From an uncultured Gammaproteobacteria bacterium (lineage in GTDB: Bacteria > Pseudomonadota > Gammaproteobacteria > Steroidobacterales > Steroidobacteraceae): a DNA stretch of 64,000 bases. The notes below the pieces were generated by a model. That model ran no database searches. It worked only from the letters and a program-made list of their open reading frames with translations, and had not been told where the DNA came from. Location: NCBI GenBank assembly GCA_963766915.1, contig CAVYCL010000014.1, positions 253,159-317,158 on the forward strand, written 5' to 3'. Position 1 is the stretch's first letter, and each line of letters opens with the position of its first letter. The position numbers and the translations under genes are program-made. This document shows, in pieces, positions 54,583 through 64,000 of this stretch.

Positions 54583-54636
54583 ATGCATGTCGGTTGGTGG
54601 CGCGCTTCCTCACGGGAGAGGGCGCTGGCCGCGTAA
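54583..54636 (+). CDS. trpL: trp operon leader peptide with tandem Trp codons
   Basis: ATG CAT GTC GGT TGG TGG CGC GCT TCC TCA CGG GAG AGG GCG CTG GCC GCG TAA translates to MHVGWWRASSRERALAA. It could also start at the in-frame ATG at 54568. An intrinsic terminator follows, just upstream of trpE. Confidence 0.6.
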   Translation: MHVGWWRASSRERALAA

Positions 54637-54663
54637 GTTTTTTCGATTCGATACACCAGAAAT

Positions 54664-54702
54664 CCCATCCCCGCCCTTAAAGACGGTGATGGGTTTTTTT
54701 TT
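54664..54702 (+). terminator. trp attenuator (intrinsic terminator)
   Basis: CCCATCCCCGCCC..CGGTGATGGG hairpin followed by T9, 23 nt upstream of the trpE ATG. The upstream AGGGCG (in the leader) can pair with CGCCCT in the 5' arm, giving a possible antiterminator. Confidence 0.7.
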
Positions 54703-54725
54703 GGCTTGAGCAAAGGGTTCCTGCG

Positions 54726-56111
54726 ATGAAAGCGCCTTTCGACATTGCCGCGGATCTGGATACGCCCGTCTCGGCGTACCTGAAGCTCGCGCCGTTTCGG
54801 CCGCGCTTTTTGCTGGAGAGCGTCGAAGGCGGCGAGCGCCTCGCCCGGTATTCGTTCATCGGCTTCGGCGAGTGCCTGGAGGTGCGGCTCGATGCCGCGG
54901 GTCTCACGGTCGGAAACGAGCGCACGCCCCGTCCGCAGACGCGGCAGGAGCTTCTGGACGCGCTGCGCGCGGCGCTCGAACGGGCGCCGCGTCCGCAGCC
55001 GGAGATTCCCGGAGTACCCCTGTCGGGGGGGCTCGTGGGCTATACCGCCTACGATGCCGTGCGCTATTTCGAGCACTTGCCCGGCCGCAGCCTGGCCTCA
55101 ACCGTCACCCCCCACGCGCATTACGTGGCGCCGCGCTCGCTCCTGGTGTTCGACCATCTGACGAGGAGCGCCGCGCTGCTGCACGACGGTCCCGAGCCTG
55201 AGCGGGAGGCGCTCCGCCGCGACATCATGCGCGCCCTGCGCGGCGCGGTGCCGACGGTGCTCGTCCCCGGGCGGTTCTCACCCGCGACCCCGTCGCTCTC
55301 GGAAGGTGAGCACGCAGAGCTCGTGAAGCGCGCGCAAGCCTACATCGCCTCCGGGGATGTCTATCAGCTGGTGCTCGCTTCGCGATTCGAGGGGCGGCAC
55401 TCGCTTGCGCCCTTCGAGGTCTATCGTGCGCTGCGCCTGTTGAATCCTTCCCCGTATATGTTCTTCTGCGAGCTGGGCGACATCACGGTGGTGGGATCCT
55501 CGCCCGAGGCGCTGGTCAAGTCGCACGGCGGCCACGCGCAGCTGCGCCCGATCGCAGGCTCGCGGCCGCGCGGCGAAGATGTTGATCGCGATCTCGAGCT
55601 CGAGCGGGATTTGCTCGCCGATCCCAAGGAGAACTCCGAGCACGTGATGCTGGTGGATCTCGCCCGCAACGATCTCGGCCGGGTGGCCAAGGCCGGCACG
55701 GTGCGCGTCGACCCCTACCGTGTGATCGAACGCTACAGCCACATCATGCACATCGTGAGCGGCGTGCATGGCGAAGTGGCGCCGCAGCACGATGTCTTCG
55801 ATCTGTTCGCGGCGACGTTCCCCGCCGGCACGCTGGTCGGCGCGCCGAAAGTGCGCGCCATGCAGATCATCGATGAGCTCGAGCCCGTCGGACGGCAGCT
55901 GTACGGGGGCACGGTGGGTTATTTCGGCCGGCAGGGTGACATGGATCAGGCCATCACCATCCGCACGCTGGTGTTCAGCGGCGATCAATACAGCTATCAG
56001 GCAGGCGGCGGCATCGTCGCCGACAGCTCGCCGCGCGCGGAGTACGCGGAGCTGCTGGCGAAGAGCGCGGTGCTGCGCCGGGCGCTCGGCATCGCGGCGG
56101 AGGGCTTATGA
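54726..56111 (+). CDS. trpE: anthranilate synthase component I
   Basis: ..[18 protein letters not shown]..; ..[12 protein letters not shown]..; ..[30 protein letters not shown]... Confidence 0.95.
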   Translation: MKAPFDIAADLDTPVSAYLKLAPFRPRFLLESVEGGERLARYSFIGFGECLEVRLDAAGLTVGNERTPRPQTRQELLDALRAALERAPRPQPEIPGVPLSGGLVGYTAYDAVRYFEHLPGRSLASTVTPHAHYVAPRSLLVFDHLTRSAALLHDGPEPEREALRRDIMRALRGAVPTVLVPGRFSPATPSLSEGEHAELVKRAQAYIASGDVYQLVLASRFEGRHSLAPFEVYRALRLLNPSPYMFFCELGDITVVGSSPEALVKSHGGHAQLRPIAGSRPRGEDVDRDLELERDLLADPKENSEHVMLVDLARNDLGRVAKAGTVRVDPYRVIERYSHIMHIVSGVHGEVAPQHDVFDLFAATFPAGTLVGAPKVRAMQIIDELEPVGRQLYGGTVGYFGRQGDMDQAITIRTLVFSGDQYSYQAGGGIVADSSPRAEYAELLAKSAVLRRALGIAAEGL

Positions 56112-56686
56112 GCGCGCGGCCCCGCATCCTGCTGATCGACAACTACGATTCCTTTACCTACAACCTCGTGCAGGCGTTCCTGGTCTTGGGCGCGGAAGTC
56201 GACGTTCATCGCAACGACGCCATCACGGTCGATGCCGCGCTCGCCGCTACGCACTCGCATCTCGTGATCTCGCCGGGACCCGGAACGCCGCGCGACGCCG
56301 GTGTGTCCATGGCCATGATTCGTGCCTTCGCGGGACGCATTCCCATTTTCGGCGTCTGCCTCGGCCATCAGTCGCTCGTGGAAGTATTCGGCGGTCAGGT
56401 GGTGCGGGCCTCGCGCCTCATGCACGGCAAGGTCTCGCCCGTGAGTCACGACGGCAAGGGCCTCTTCAGCGGTCTGCCGCCGCAAATCACCGCCGGGCGT
56501 TATCACTCACTCATCGCCGAGCCGGAGAGCATTCCCGCGGTGCTCGAAGTGACGGCGCGCACGCCGGAAGGCGAGATCATGGGCGTACGCCATCGCTCCT
56601 TGCCCGTCGAGGGCGTGCAGTTTCACCCCGAAAGCGTGCTGACGCCCGAGGGACCGGATCTCATGGCCAATTTCCTGAAGTTTTGA
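56108..56686 (+). CDS. trpG: anthranilate synthase component II (glutamine amidotransferase)
   Basis: [40 protein letters not shown] overlap with trpE. Confidence 0.95.
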   Translation: MSARPRILLIDNYDSFTYNLVQAFLVLGAEVDVHRNDAITVDAALAATHSHLVISPGPGTPRDAGVSMAMIRAFAGRIPIFGVCLGHQSLVEVFGGQVVRASRLMHGKVSPVSHDGKGLFSGLPPQITAGRYHSLIAEPESIPAVLEVTARTPEGEIMGVRHRSLPVEGVQFHPESVLTPEGPDLMANFLKF

Positions 56687-56694
56687 GCGCCGTC

Positions 56695-57750
56695 ATGCAC
56701 CCTCTGCAGCAAACGCTCGAGCATCTCCTGTCCGGCGTGGCGCTGAGCGAGGCCGAGGCGGCGCGGCTGCTCGAGCAGCTCACCGCCCCGGATCTTGCGC
56801 CCGCGCTCGCCGGCGCGCTGCTCGCGGCGGTGCGCGCGAAGGGGGTGGTCGCGGCAGAGCTGCGCGGTTTCGCGGGCGCGATGCGTTCGCTCGCGCGCAA
56901 GCCCGCGCTGCCGGCCGATCTCGACGCCATCGACATCGTGGGCACGGGCGGGGATTTTTCCGGCAGCTTGAATCTGTCCACCGGCGCCGCGCTGCTGGCC
57001 GCGTCTTGCGGCTTGCCGGTCGTCAAGCACGGTAACCGCTCGGTCACCAGCCGAAGCGGCAGTGCGGATCTCATCGAGCAGCTCGGCCTCGCCCTGCCGC
57101 TCGATGAGCAGCGCGCGGCGCAATGCCTGGCGAGCACCGGGTTCACGTTTTTGTTCGCGCCGTATTTTCATCCGGCGATGAAGGCGCTTGCGCCGGTGCG
57201 GGCGGCTCTCGGCGTGCGCACGGTGCTGAATTTGCTCGGGCCGCTCACGAATCCGGCGGCACCGCGCTACCGGTTGATCGGCGCCTACGACGAGGCCAGC
57301 GCTCAATTGATCGCCGACGCGTTGGCCGGGATGCCGATTGCGCGCGCGTGGGTGGTGCACGGTGCGAACGGCTGGGACGAGGCGACACCGGTCGGCGCGT
57401 TCGTCGCGTTCGACGTGACACCGGGCGCGGTGTCGCGCCGGGTTTTCGATCCAGCCGAGTTCGGCGTGCAACCCTGTACGTCCGAGGAGCTCATGGGCGG
57501 TGATGCCGCTCACAATTGCCGCGCGATGCGGGCGGTGTTCGCGGGGCGCGATAGCGGACCGCATCGCGGTGCGCTCGTGCTTCAGTGCGGGCTCGCGCTG
57601 CACATCGCCGGCCGCAGCGCCTCGGTGGCCTCCGGCGTCCGGACTGCCGAGGAGGCGCTCGACAGCGGCCGCGCGCGCGCCTGGCTCGAGCGGTTCGAGC
57701 AGTACTGTGCCGAGCGCGCGGCTGTCGCGCCGGCGGGCGGTGCGAGGTGA
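56695..57750 (+). CDS. trpD: anthranilate phosphoribosyltransferase
   Basis: ..DIVGTGGD..NLSTGAALLAASCGLPVVKHGNRSVTSRSGSADL..FLFAP.FHPAMK..R..LGVRTVLNLLGPLTNP... Confidence 0.95.
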   Translation: MHPLQQTLEHLLSGVALSEAEAARLLEQLTAPDLAPALAGALLAAVRAKGVVAAELRGFAGAMRSLARKPALPADLDAIDIVGTGGDFSGSLNLSTGAALLAASCGLPVVKHGNRSVTSRSGSADLIEQLGLALPLDEQRAAQCLASTGFTFLFAPYFHPAMKALAPVRAALGVRTVLNLLGPLTNPAAPRYRLIGAYDEASAQLIADALAGMPIARAWVVHGANGWDEATPVGAFVAFDVTPGAVSRRVFDPAEFGVQPCTSEELMGGDAAHNCRAMRAVFAGRDSGPHRGALVLQCGLALHIAGRSASVASGVRTAEEALDSGRARAWLERFEQYCAERAAVAPAGGAR

Positions 57751-58573
57751 GCGACTTCCTCGCCGCCATGGCGCGCTCGAGCGCCGCCCGCGCGGCCGAA
57801 GCCGCGCGCCGCGTGCCCATCGCCGACCTTCGGCGCCGCGCGCTCGCGACGCCGGCCGCTCCGCCGCTGCGCTTCTCGCCGTTGGGATTCGACATCGTCG
57901 CCGAGATCAAACTGCGTTCGCCGGCGGTGGGCGCCTTGCAGGATCCGGCGCACGACCGTCTCGGCCGTATCGAAGCGTATGCGCGGGGCGGCGCCGCCGC
58001 CGTGTCCGTGCTCACGGAGCCCTCGCGGTTCGACGGCAGCCTCGAGCATTTGCAGGAAGCGGCCGCGGTGCTCGCGCCACTGGGAGTGCCGGCGATGCGC
58101 AAGGATTTCCTGGTCGATCCTTATCAGGTACTCGAGGCGCGTGCCGCCGGTGCGGGCGGAGTGCTGCTGATTCTTCGCATGCTGCCTCGCGAACGACTCG
58201 CCGAGATGCTGACGACCGCCTCCGAGCTGGGCTTGTTCGTCCTGCTGGAGGCCTTCGATGAGCGCGATCTCGAGCTGGCCGGCGAGCTGCTCAGCGCGAC
58301 GGCGCGCCGCGACACCGTGATGATCGGCATCAATTGCCGCGATCTCACGAGCCTCGCCGTCGTGCCGGAGCGTTTCGCGGAGCTGGCCGCGCGCGTGCCG
58401 CCTGGCGTCCCCTCGGTGGCCGAGAGCGGTGTCGCGACGCCGGCCGATGCGCGCTCGGGTGCGCGGCCTCGGCTATCGTCTGGCCCTGGTCGGCACGGCG
58501 CTCATGGCCCGCGGAGAATGCCGGCGGTCTCCTCGCCGAAATGCTTGCGGCGGCACGGACAGTGCCAGTCTAA
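57747..58573 (+). CDS. trpC: indole-3-glycerol phosphate synthase, with two apparent +1 frameshifts near 58450 and 58511
   Basis: ..IVAEIKLRSP..VSVLTEPSRFDGSLEHL..MRKDFLVDPYQVLEARAAGA..IGINCRDL..AESG.. then RVRGLGYRLALVGTALMAR and ENAGGLLAEML in successive frames. GTGA overlap with trpD. Confidence 0.85.
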
Positions 58574-59194
58574 ATGGCTACACTCGCGCCCATGTTCATC
58601 AAGATTTGCGGTATCACGAGTGCCGATGCCGTGAGCGCCGCGGCAACGGCCCAGGTCGACGCCATCGGTTTCGTATTCGCTCCGAGCCCGCGGCAAGTGA
58701 CGCCGGGGCAGGCCGCGCAGCTGGCAGCGCTCGCACCGCCGGGCATTCTGCGCATCGCGGTCGCGCAGCACCCGCTGCAGATGAAGGTCGACGAGATCTG
58801 CCGCGTGCTGAAGCCCGACTATTTTCAGACCGACGTCGAGGATTTGCGCGAGCTGAAGATTCCCGCGCACATCAAGGTGCTGCCGGTATTGCGTTTCGGC
58901 CGCAAGACCCCGAGCCCCTTGCCGCATCGGGTGGTCTTCGAGGGCCCGACGAGCGGCATCGGCGAGCTGGCGGACTGGGGGCGGGCGGCGGAGCTCGCCC
59001 GCCAGACCGAGCTGATCCTGGCCGGCGGCCTGAATGCCCAGAACGTCACCGAGGCGGTGCAGGTCGTGCGACCTTTCGGGGTCGACGTGAGCAGCGGTGT
59101 CGAGCACGATCACGGTGTGAAGGATCCCGAAAAAATCTACGAGTTCGTGCGCGCCGTCCGCGCCGCGGCCGCCAACTTGGGGCGTGACGCTTGA
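58574..59194 (+). CDS. trpF: phosphoribosylanthranilate isomerase
   Basis: ..FIKICGITSADAV..VDAIGFVFAPSPRQV..LAGGLNAQNV..GVDVSSGVE. Confidence 0.9.
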   Translation: MATLAPMFIKICGITSADAVSAAATAQVDAIGFVFAPSPRQVTPGQAAQLAALAPPGILRIAVAQHPLQMKVDEICRVLKPDYFQTDVEDLRELKIPAHIKVLPVLRFGRKTPSPLPHRVVFEGPTSGIGELADWGRAAELARQTELILAGGLNAQNVTEAVQVVRPFGVDVSSGVEHDHGVKDPEKIYEFVRAVRAAAANLGRDA

Positions 59195-60420
59195 GCGCCG
59201 CCGGCCGTCCCGCGGCGCGTGTCGCCGGCCCCGACGCCAAGGGCCGCTACGGCGCGTTCGGTGGCCGCTACGTCCCGGAGACCTTGGTGCCCGCGCTCGA
59301 CCGTCTGCAGGCGGGTGTCGACCTCCATCTACACCGCGAGGATTTTCAGGCGGAGCTCCACCACGAGCTCGATACCTGGGTGGGCCGTCCCACCGCCCTC
59401 ACGCACGCGCCGACCTTGAGCGCGCGCTGGGGCGCGGAGGTGTGGCTCAAGCGCGAAGACCTCGCGCACACCGGTGCGCACAAGATCAACAACGCACTGG
59501 GACAGACGCTGCTCGCCAAGCGGCTGGGTGCCCGCCGCATCGTCGCCGAGACGGGCGCAGGCCAGCATGGCGTCGCGAGTGCGGCCGCGGCCGCGCGCCT
59601 GGGGTTGCCGTGCGTCGTCTATATGGGCGCGGTGGACGTCGAGCGGCAGGCGCCGAACGTCGGCCGCATGCGGCTCCTGGGCGCGACGGTCGTGCCGGTC
59701 ACGTCGGGCGATCGCACGCTGCGCGCCGCCATCGACGAGGCACTGCGCGATTGGGTGTCCGATCCGGACGGCACTTTTTATTGCCTGGGCTCCGCCGTCG
59801 GGCCGCATCCCTACCCGTATCTGGTGCGGGAGCTGCAATCGGTGATCGGGCGCGAGGCGCGCGCGCAGATGCTCGCGGCAGCCGGTGCATTGCCGGACGT
59901 CGCCGTCGCCTGCGTGGGCGGCGGCTCGAATGCCATCGGATTGTTCCATCCGTTCGTCGACGACGCCCAAGTGAAGCTGTTGGGTGTGGAGGCGGGGGGG
60001 CGAGGGCCGGGACTCGGCGACAACGCGGCCTCGCTCACCTTCGGAACGCCCGGCGTATTGCAAGGCAGCTACACCTTGATCCTGCAGGATGACTTCGGCC
60101 AGATACGCGAGACGCATTCGGTATCCGCCGGACTCGATTACTCGGGAGTGGGCCCGGAGCATGCGTATCTCAAGGAATGCGGCCGCGTGAGCTACGAGAG
60201 CGCGACCGACGAGGAGGCGCTCGATGCGCTCGCCGAGTGCGCGCGCTACGAGGGCATCTTGCCCGCGATCGAGACTGCGCACGCGATTTTCGGCGCGCGA
60301 AAATACGCGCGCGCTTACCCGGGCTCGCGGATCTTGATCGGCTGTTCGGGCCGGGGCGACAAGGACATGAGCATTCTGGAGCGAACGCTGCTCGCCCAGG
60401 CACCCCATGCACGCGCGTGA
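59191..60420 (+). CDS. trpB: tryptophan synthase beta chain
   Basis: ..GRYGAFGGRYVPETL..LKREDLAHTGAHKINNALGQ..AETGAGQHGVA..GGGSNAIG... TTG start overlaps the trpF stop. Confidence 0.95.
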   Translation: MSAAGRPAARVAGPDAKGRYGAFGGRYVPETLVPALDRLQAGVDLHLHREDFQAELHHELDTWVGRPTALTHAPTLSARWGAEVWLKREDLAHTGAHKINNALGQTLLAKRLGARRIVAETGAGQHGVASAAAAARLGLPCVVYMGAVDVERQAPNVGRMRLLGATVVPVTSGDRTLRAAIDEALRDWVSDPDGTFYCLGSAVGPHPYPYLVRELQSVIGREARAQMLAAAGALPDVAVACVGGGSNAIGLFHPFVDDAQVKLLGVEAGGRGPGLGDNAASLTFGTPGVLQGSYTLILQDDFGQIRETHSVSAGLDYSGVGPEHAYLKECGRVSYESATDEEALDALAECARYEGILPAIETAHAIFGARKYARAYPGSRILIGCSGRGDKDMSILERTLLAQAPHARA

Positions 60421-61171
60421 CCGCATTTCCGCCGCGATCAGCGCCGCGACCGCGCAGGGCCGCCCGGCGCTGGTCGGGTTCCTGACGGCCGGATTTCCGA
60501 CGCGCGAAGACTTCAAGCGAGACCTGGCCCAGGTCGCATCGGTCTGCGACGTGGTGGAGATCGGTGTGCCGTTCTCCGACCCGATGGCCGACGGCTCGAC
60601 CATTCAGCGCGCGAGTTTCGCGGCGCTCGGCAACGGCGTGACCTTGCGCTGGATCCTGGAGGAGCTCAGCGCGGTCAGCGAGCGTTCGGTCCCCTTGTTG
60701 CTCATGAGCTATTTGAATCCGTTGCTCGCCTTCGGGCTCGACCGGTTGCCGGCCGCCGCCGCCGCCGCGGGTGTGGCGGGCTTCATCGTCCCGGATCTGC
60801 CGTTCGAGGAAAGCGACGACCTCAAGTCGGCGCTCGACCGGGAAGGACTCGCGCTCGTACAAATGGTCTCGCCGGTGACGCCGCCTAAGCGGCTGGCGAT
60901 GCTCTGCGAGTCCGCGCAGGGCTTCGTGTATGCCGTGACCATGACCGGCACCACGGGCAAGTCCGCAGAGGTTCCCGACACGGTCCTCGACTACATGGAT
61001 CGCGTCAAGCGCTGCTCGCGCGTGCCGGTGTGCGCGGGATTCGGCATTCGATCGCGCGCGCAAGTGGAGCGCTTCGCATCGCATGTCGACGGCGTCGTGG
61101 TCGGCTCGGCCCTCGTCGAGGCGCTCGAGCGCGGCGCCGACGTGCCCGCATTCCTCAGGTCGTTGCGCTAG
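60407..61171 (+). CDS. trpA: tryptophan synthase alpha chain
   Basis: ..ALVGFLTAGFP..VVEIGVPFSDPMADGSTIQ..LMSYLNP..GFIVPDLP..GFVYAVTMTGTTG..GFGI... Confidence 0.95.
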   Translation: MHARDRISAAISAATAQGRPALVGFLTAGFPTREDFKRDLAQVASVCDVVEIGVPFSDPMADGSTIQRASFAALGNGVTLRWILEELSAVSERSVPLLLMSYLNPLLAFGLDRLPAAAAAAGVAGFIVPDLPFEESDDLKSALDREGLALVQMVSPVTPPKRLAMLCESAQGFVYAVTMTGTTGKSAEVPDTVLDYMDRVKRCSRVPVCAGFGIRSRAQVERFASHVDGVVVGSALVEALERGADVPAFLRSLR

Positions 61172-61182
61172 CGGAGCGGTGC

Positions 61183-61488
61183 GTGAAGCGGGTCTACCGG
61201 GCCGCATCGCTTCTGCAGGTGGCGCACGCGCGCAACATTCTCCTCATGGCCGGCGTCGAATGCGAGCTGCGCAATGTCCACCTGGCCGGCGCGCTGGGTG
61301 ATCTGCCCATGATGGAGACCTGGCCGCAGCTCTACGTGCAGGATTCGGACGAGCGCTACGCGCTCGGCGCGCTGGCGCGCGCCGCCGCAGTACAGCCCGG
61401 CGCTTCGTGGATTTGCGAGGCGTGCGCCGAAGAGCTCGAGCCGCAGTTCACTTCGTGCTGGCACTGCGGCCGCGACAAGCCGCCTTGA
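61183..61488 (+). CDS. DUF2007-like small protein with a C-terminal Zn-ribbon (CxxC..CxxC)
   Basis: VKRVYRAASLLQVAHARNILLMAGVECELRN.. is a DUF2007-like fold signature; it ends ..WICEACAEELEPQFTSCWHCG. Confidence 0.55.
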   Translation: MKRVYRAASLLQVAHARNILLMAGVECELRNVHLAGALGDLPMMETWPQLYVQDSDERYALGALARAAAVQPGASWICEACAEELEPQFTSCWHCGRDKPP

Positions 61489-61751
61489 GCCGAGTTGCAG
61501 GTGCATACGGCTGTGCCATGTGCGGCCTCGGCGCTCTTTCCGGTGCCGCTACGTCCCCCTGGCACCTGCATATGATCCTGAATTAAAAGGATTTTTAGCC
61601 TGCTTGTCGGACAAACTCCTACATAAATTAGCGCAAAGTCCGAGACTCGATTCAGCAGTGCACCATGGCGACGCCACCCTGCACAGGTTACAAATTAACC
61701 CATGCCGCATGTAACGATTACACGGCGGTGCCAGTGGAGGATTTCGCGGTC

Positions 61752-62802
61752 ATGAATGCAGCCATTAACAGCGCTCCGTCGCAAACGATGCCCTTATCGG
61801 GGGCTGGCGCGCTGGTCGGTGTGTCCCCGGCCATGCAAGAGGTCTTTCGGCTGATCGAGCGGGTGGGCCCGACGGGCGCGAGCGTCCTCCTCACCGGCGA
61901 GAGCGGCTCGGGAAAGGAGCTGGCGGCCCGATCGATCCACGATGCCAGCCCGCGACGTCACGGGCCGTTCGTTGCCATCAATTGCGGCGCCATCCCGGCA
62001 GGGCTGATCGAAGCCGAGCTGTTCGGCTTCGAGAAGGGCAGCTTCACGGGCGCGGTCCGCGGCCCACGCGGGTGTGTTCGAGCGCGCCGAGGGCGGTACG
62101 CTGCTTCTCGACGAGATCACAGAAATGCCGCTCGACATGCAGACCCGGCTGCTGCGGGTGCTGGAGACGAAAAAATTCTATCGAGTGGGCGCGAACACCG
62201 AACTGTCGACGGACGTCCGCGTCATCGCGGCGACCAATCGCTGCCCGCTGCAGGCGGTGCAGAGCGGTCAGCTGCGCGAGGATCTCCTGTACCGGCTGGC
62301 CGTGTTCCCGGTGCACATGCCGCCGCTGCGCGAGCGGGGCAACGATGTCGATATCCTGGCCGACCGCTTCCTGGACGAGCTCAACGCGCAAGGCGCGACA
62401 CAGAAGCGCCTGACCCCGCTGTCGCGGATGACGTTGCGGCAGCACAGCTGGCCCGGCAACGTACGCGAGCTCAAGAACTGCATCGAGCGCGCCTTCATCA
62501 TGGGCGATCAGTGGGTGGAGTTGGCTCCCCTCATCCAGAAAGCGAGCGCCGACAACGGCGGGTCGGCGGATGATCGCGACCGTCTCGATATTAGAGTAGG
62601 CTCGCGGATCTACGACATGGAGCGGTCGCTGATCGAGGCCACCCTCGAGTATTTCCAGGGCAACAAGCGTCGTGCTGCCGACGCGTTAGGATGCAGTCTG
62701 AAAACTTTGTACAACAAGCTCAACGGATACGCGCAACGGCGGGCCACCGGCTTCACGCAGAGCCGCGTCAAGCCGCAAAGCCAAGAATGCGCAAGCATAT
62801 AA
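61752..62802 (+). CDS. sigma-54-dependent transcriptional activator lacking an N-terminal sensory/receiver domain, with an apparent +1 frameshift near 62065
   Basis: The AAA+ core begins about 20 aa from the start: [37 protein letters not shown]..; GAFTGA-type ..GSFTGAV; then in the +1 frame [21 protein letters not shown]..; [10 protein letters not shown]; C-terminal Fis-type [24 protein letters not shown]. Confidence 0.85.
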
Positions 62803-62830
62803 ACCCGGTGAGAGGGAGAGGGTAGATAAA

Positions 62831-63463
62831 GTGTCACGAGTACTGATCGCCGACGATCATGCGGTTGTCCGGGCGGGCTTCAAGCAATTTCTGGAGGCGG
62901 ATCCCACCATCAATGCCGTGGGCGAGGCCGCGAGCGGCAATGAGACGCTCGATCTGCTGCGCAAGCAGGATTGGGACCTGGTGCTGCTCGACATACACAT
63001 GCCGGACCGCAGCGGTCTCGACATCTTGCGGCACATACAGACCGGTCATCCGGGCGTGCGTGTGCTCGTCATGAGCGGCTTGCCCGAGCAGCAGTATGCG
63101 GTGAACGTCTTGCGCGCCGGCGCGAGCGGCTATCTCTCCAAGGACAGTCCGCCCGAGGAACTGATGAAGGCCGTGCGCACGGTGCTCTCCGGCAGGCGCT
63201 ACGTGAGCGCCGCGCTCGCGGAGATTCTGGTGGCGGATCTCGACGGCGATCCCGACAAGCCGCTGCACGCGCGCCTGTCCACGCGAGAATTCCAGATATT
63301 CTGCAAGCTCGCCGCAGGCCGCGGCGTGTCCGACATCGCGAACGAGCTGAGTCTCAGCGTGAAAACGGTGAGCACGTACCGCAGCAGAATCCTCGAGAAG
63401 ATGAGCTTCAACGCGAACGCAGACATCACCTCGTATGCGCTGCGAAACGGTCTGATCCAGTAA
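62831..63463 (+). CDS. NarL/FixJ-family (LuxR-type HTH) response regulator
   Basis: Receiver VLIADDH..DLVLLDIHMPDRSG.. plus HTH ..LSTREFQIFCKLAAGRGVSDIANELSLSVKTVSTYRSRILEKM. Confidence 0.9.
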   Translation: MSRVLIADDHAVVRAGFKQFLEADPTINAVGEAASGNETLDLLRKQDWDLVLLDIHMPDRSGLDILRHIQTGHPGVRVLVMSGLPEQQYAVNVLRAGASGYLSKDSPPEELMKAVRTVLSGRRYVSAALAEILVADLDGDPDKPLHARLSTREFQIFCKLAAGRGVSDIANELSLSVKTVSTYRSRILEKMSFNANADITSYALRNGLIQ

Positions 63464-63542
63464 GCTCGCCGCCGTGAGAATCAGCCTACATCACGACAGG
63501 CCGGCTGGCCTACTTTGGCGCGCTTCGCAGCGCTAGCATGCC

Positions 63543-63965
63543 GTGGACATGTCTTCGAACCCGCAAAGGACGACGAGTGCGAAAGGGCTGAGAGTCTTGC
63601 TCGTTGAAGACTCGAAAGTACTGACGGAACGTTTGACGGAAGCAATCCGGCAGATTCCCGACGTCGAGCTCATCGGCACTGCTGATACCGAAGCGGCCGC
63701 GCTCGCGGCCGTCAAGCGCGACGCTATCGACGTGATCATTCTCGACCTGCACTTGAAACAGGGAACGGGCTTCGGCGTGATGCGCGCGTTGGCTACCACG
63801 CAGCCGAAGCCGCGCATCATCGTGCTCACCAACTACGATCTACCCGAATACAAGAACGCCGCGATCGCGCTCGGCGCGACGCATTTTCTCGACAAGGCCC
63901 GAGACTACGGCCGGCTTCCCGAAGTGCTGCACGAGATCTGCGAAGCGCACGGCGCGAAGCACTGA
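63543..63965 (+). CDS. stand-alone CheY-like receiver-domain protein
   Basis: ..RVLLVEDS..DVIILDLHLKQGTG..IVLTNY..ATHFLDK. There is no output domain. The start could be GTG at 63543 or ATG at 63549. Confidence 0.85.
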   Translation: MDMSSNPQRTTSAKGLRVLLVEDSKVLTERLTEAIRQIPDVELIGTADTEAAALAAVKRDAIDVIILDLHLKQGTGFGVMRALATTQPKPRIIVLTNYDLPEYKNAAIALGATHFLDKARDYGRLPEVLHEICEAHGAKH

Positions 63966-64000
63966 ACGCGCGTCAGCGCGCGCCGACATGCGCGCGGGAC

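Noticed and set aside
55768-57750. A 660-aa ORF spanning trpE, trpG and trpD.
   Set aside because: Only the last 351 codons (from the ATG at 56695) look like TrpD. The upstream part is an out-of-frame read across trpE and trpG with junk composition.
61560-61575. TGGCAC motif upstream of the sigma-54 activator gene, considered as a possible -24/-12 promoter.
   Set aside because: The -12 element reads TATG instead of TTGC at the required spacing, so only the -24 half matches.

Overview
High-GC proteobacterial chromosome segment, mostly core housekeeping genes. In order: spoT(partial)-rpoZ-gmk (minus); a ~3.5 kb AT-richer accessory islet; yicC (minus); PP2C phosphatase-rph-rdgB-hemW; rpmE; gltA; a PQQ beta-propeller protein; an S1C serine protease; bioBFDA (minus); PBP1A (mrcA) divergent from pilMNOPQ; a decayed Ig-like-domain lipoprotein; aroK-aroB-dgt-hemE; fadD; tesA/ybbA-ybbP; an alpha/beta hydrolase plus membrane protein pair; oxyR divergent from ahpCF; NUDIX, PhzF-family, YebC-family, DEAD-box helicase, 2-hydroxyacid dehydrogenase, rhomboid, ApbE, YajQ and an ABC exporter; a complete trpEGDCFBA operon with a Trp-Trp leader peptide and attenuator; then a domain-minimal sigma-54 activator and two response regulators. 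I recognised no rRNA, tRNA, CRISPR array, IS element or integrase. Main observations: (1) the gmk-yicC gap holds three accessory segments separated by four progressively decayed copies of the last codons plus stop of yicC. This looks like repeated site-specific insertion into the yicC 3' end; the newest segment carries a BrnT/BrnA toxin-antitoxin pair. (2) About 50 single-base frameshifts, mostly +1 and often at short homopolymers, interrupt otherwise textbook conserved genes. They are strongly clustered at 27.4-29.1 kb and 36.8-44.2 kb, so assembly error must be excluded before calling pseudogenes. (3) A DnaA-box trio sits beside an AT-rich tract between hemW and rpmE. I found no clearly novel multi-gene system. 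All coordinates, frames and identity counts come from manual reading and need computational confirmation.
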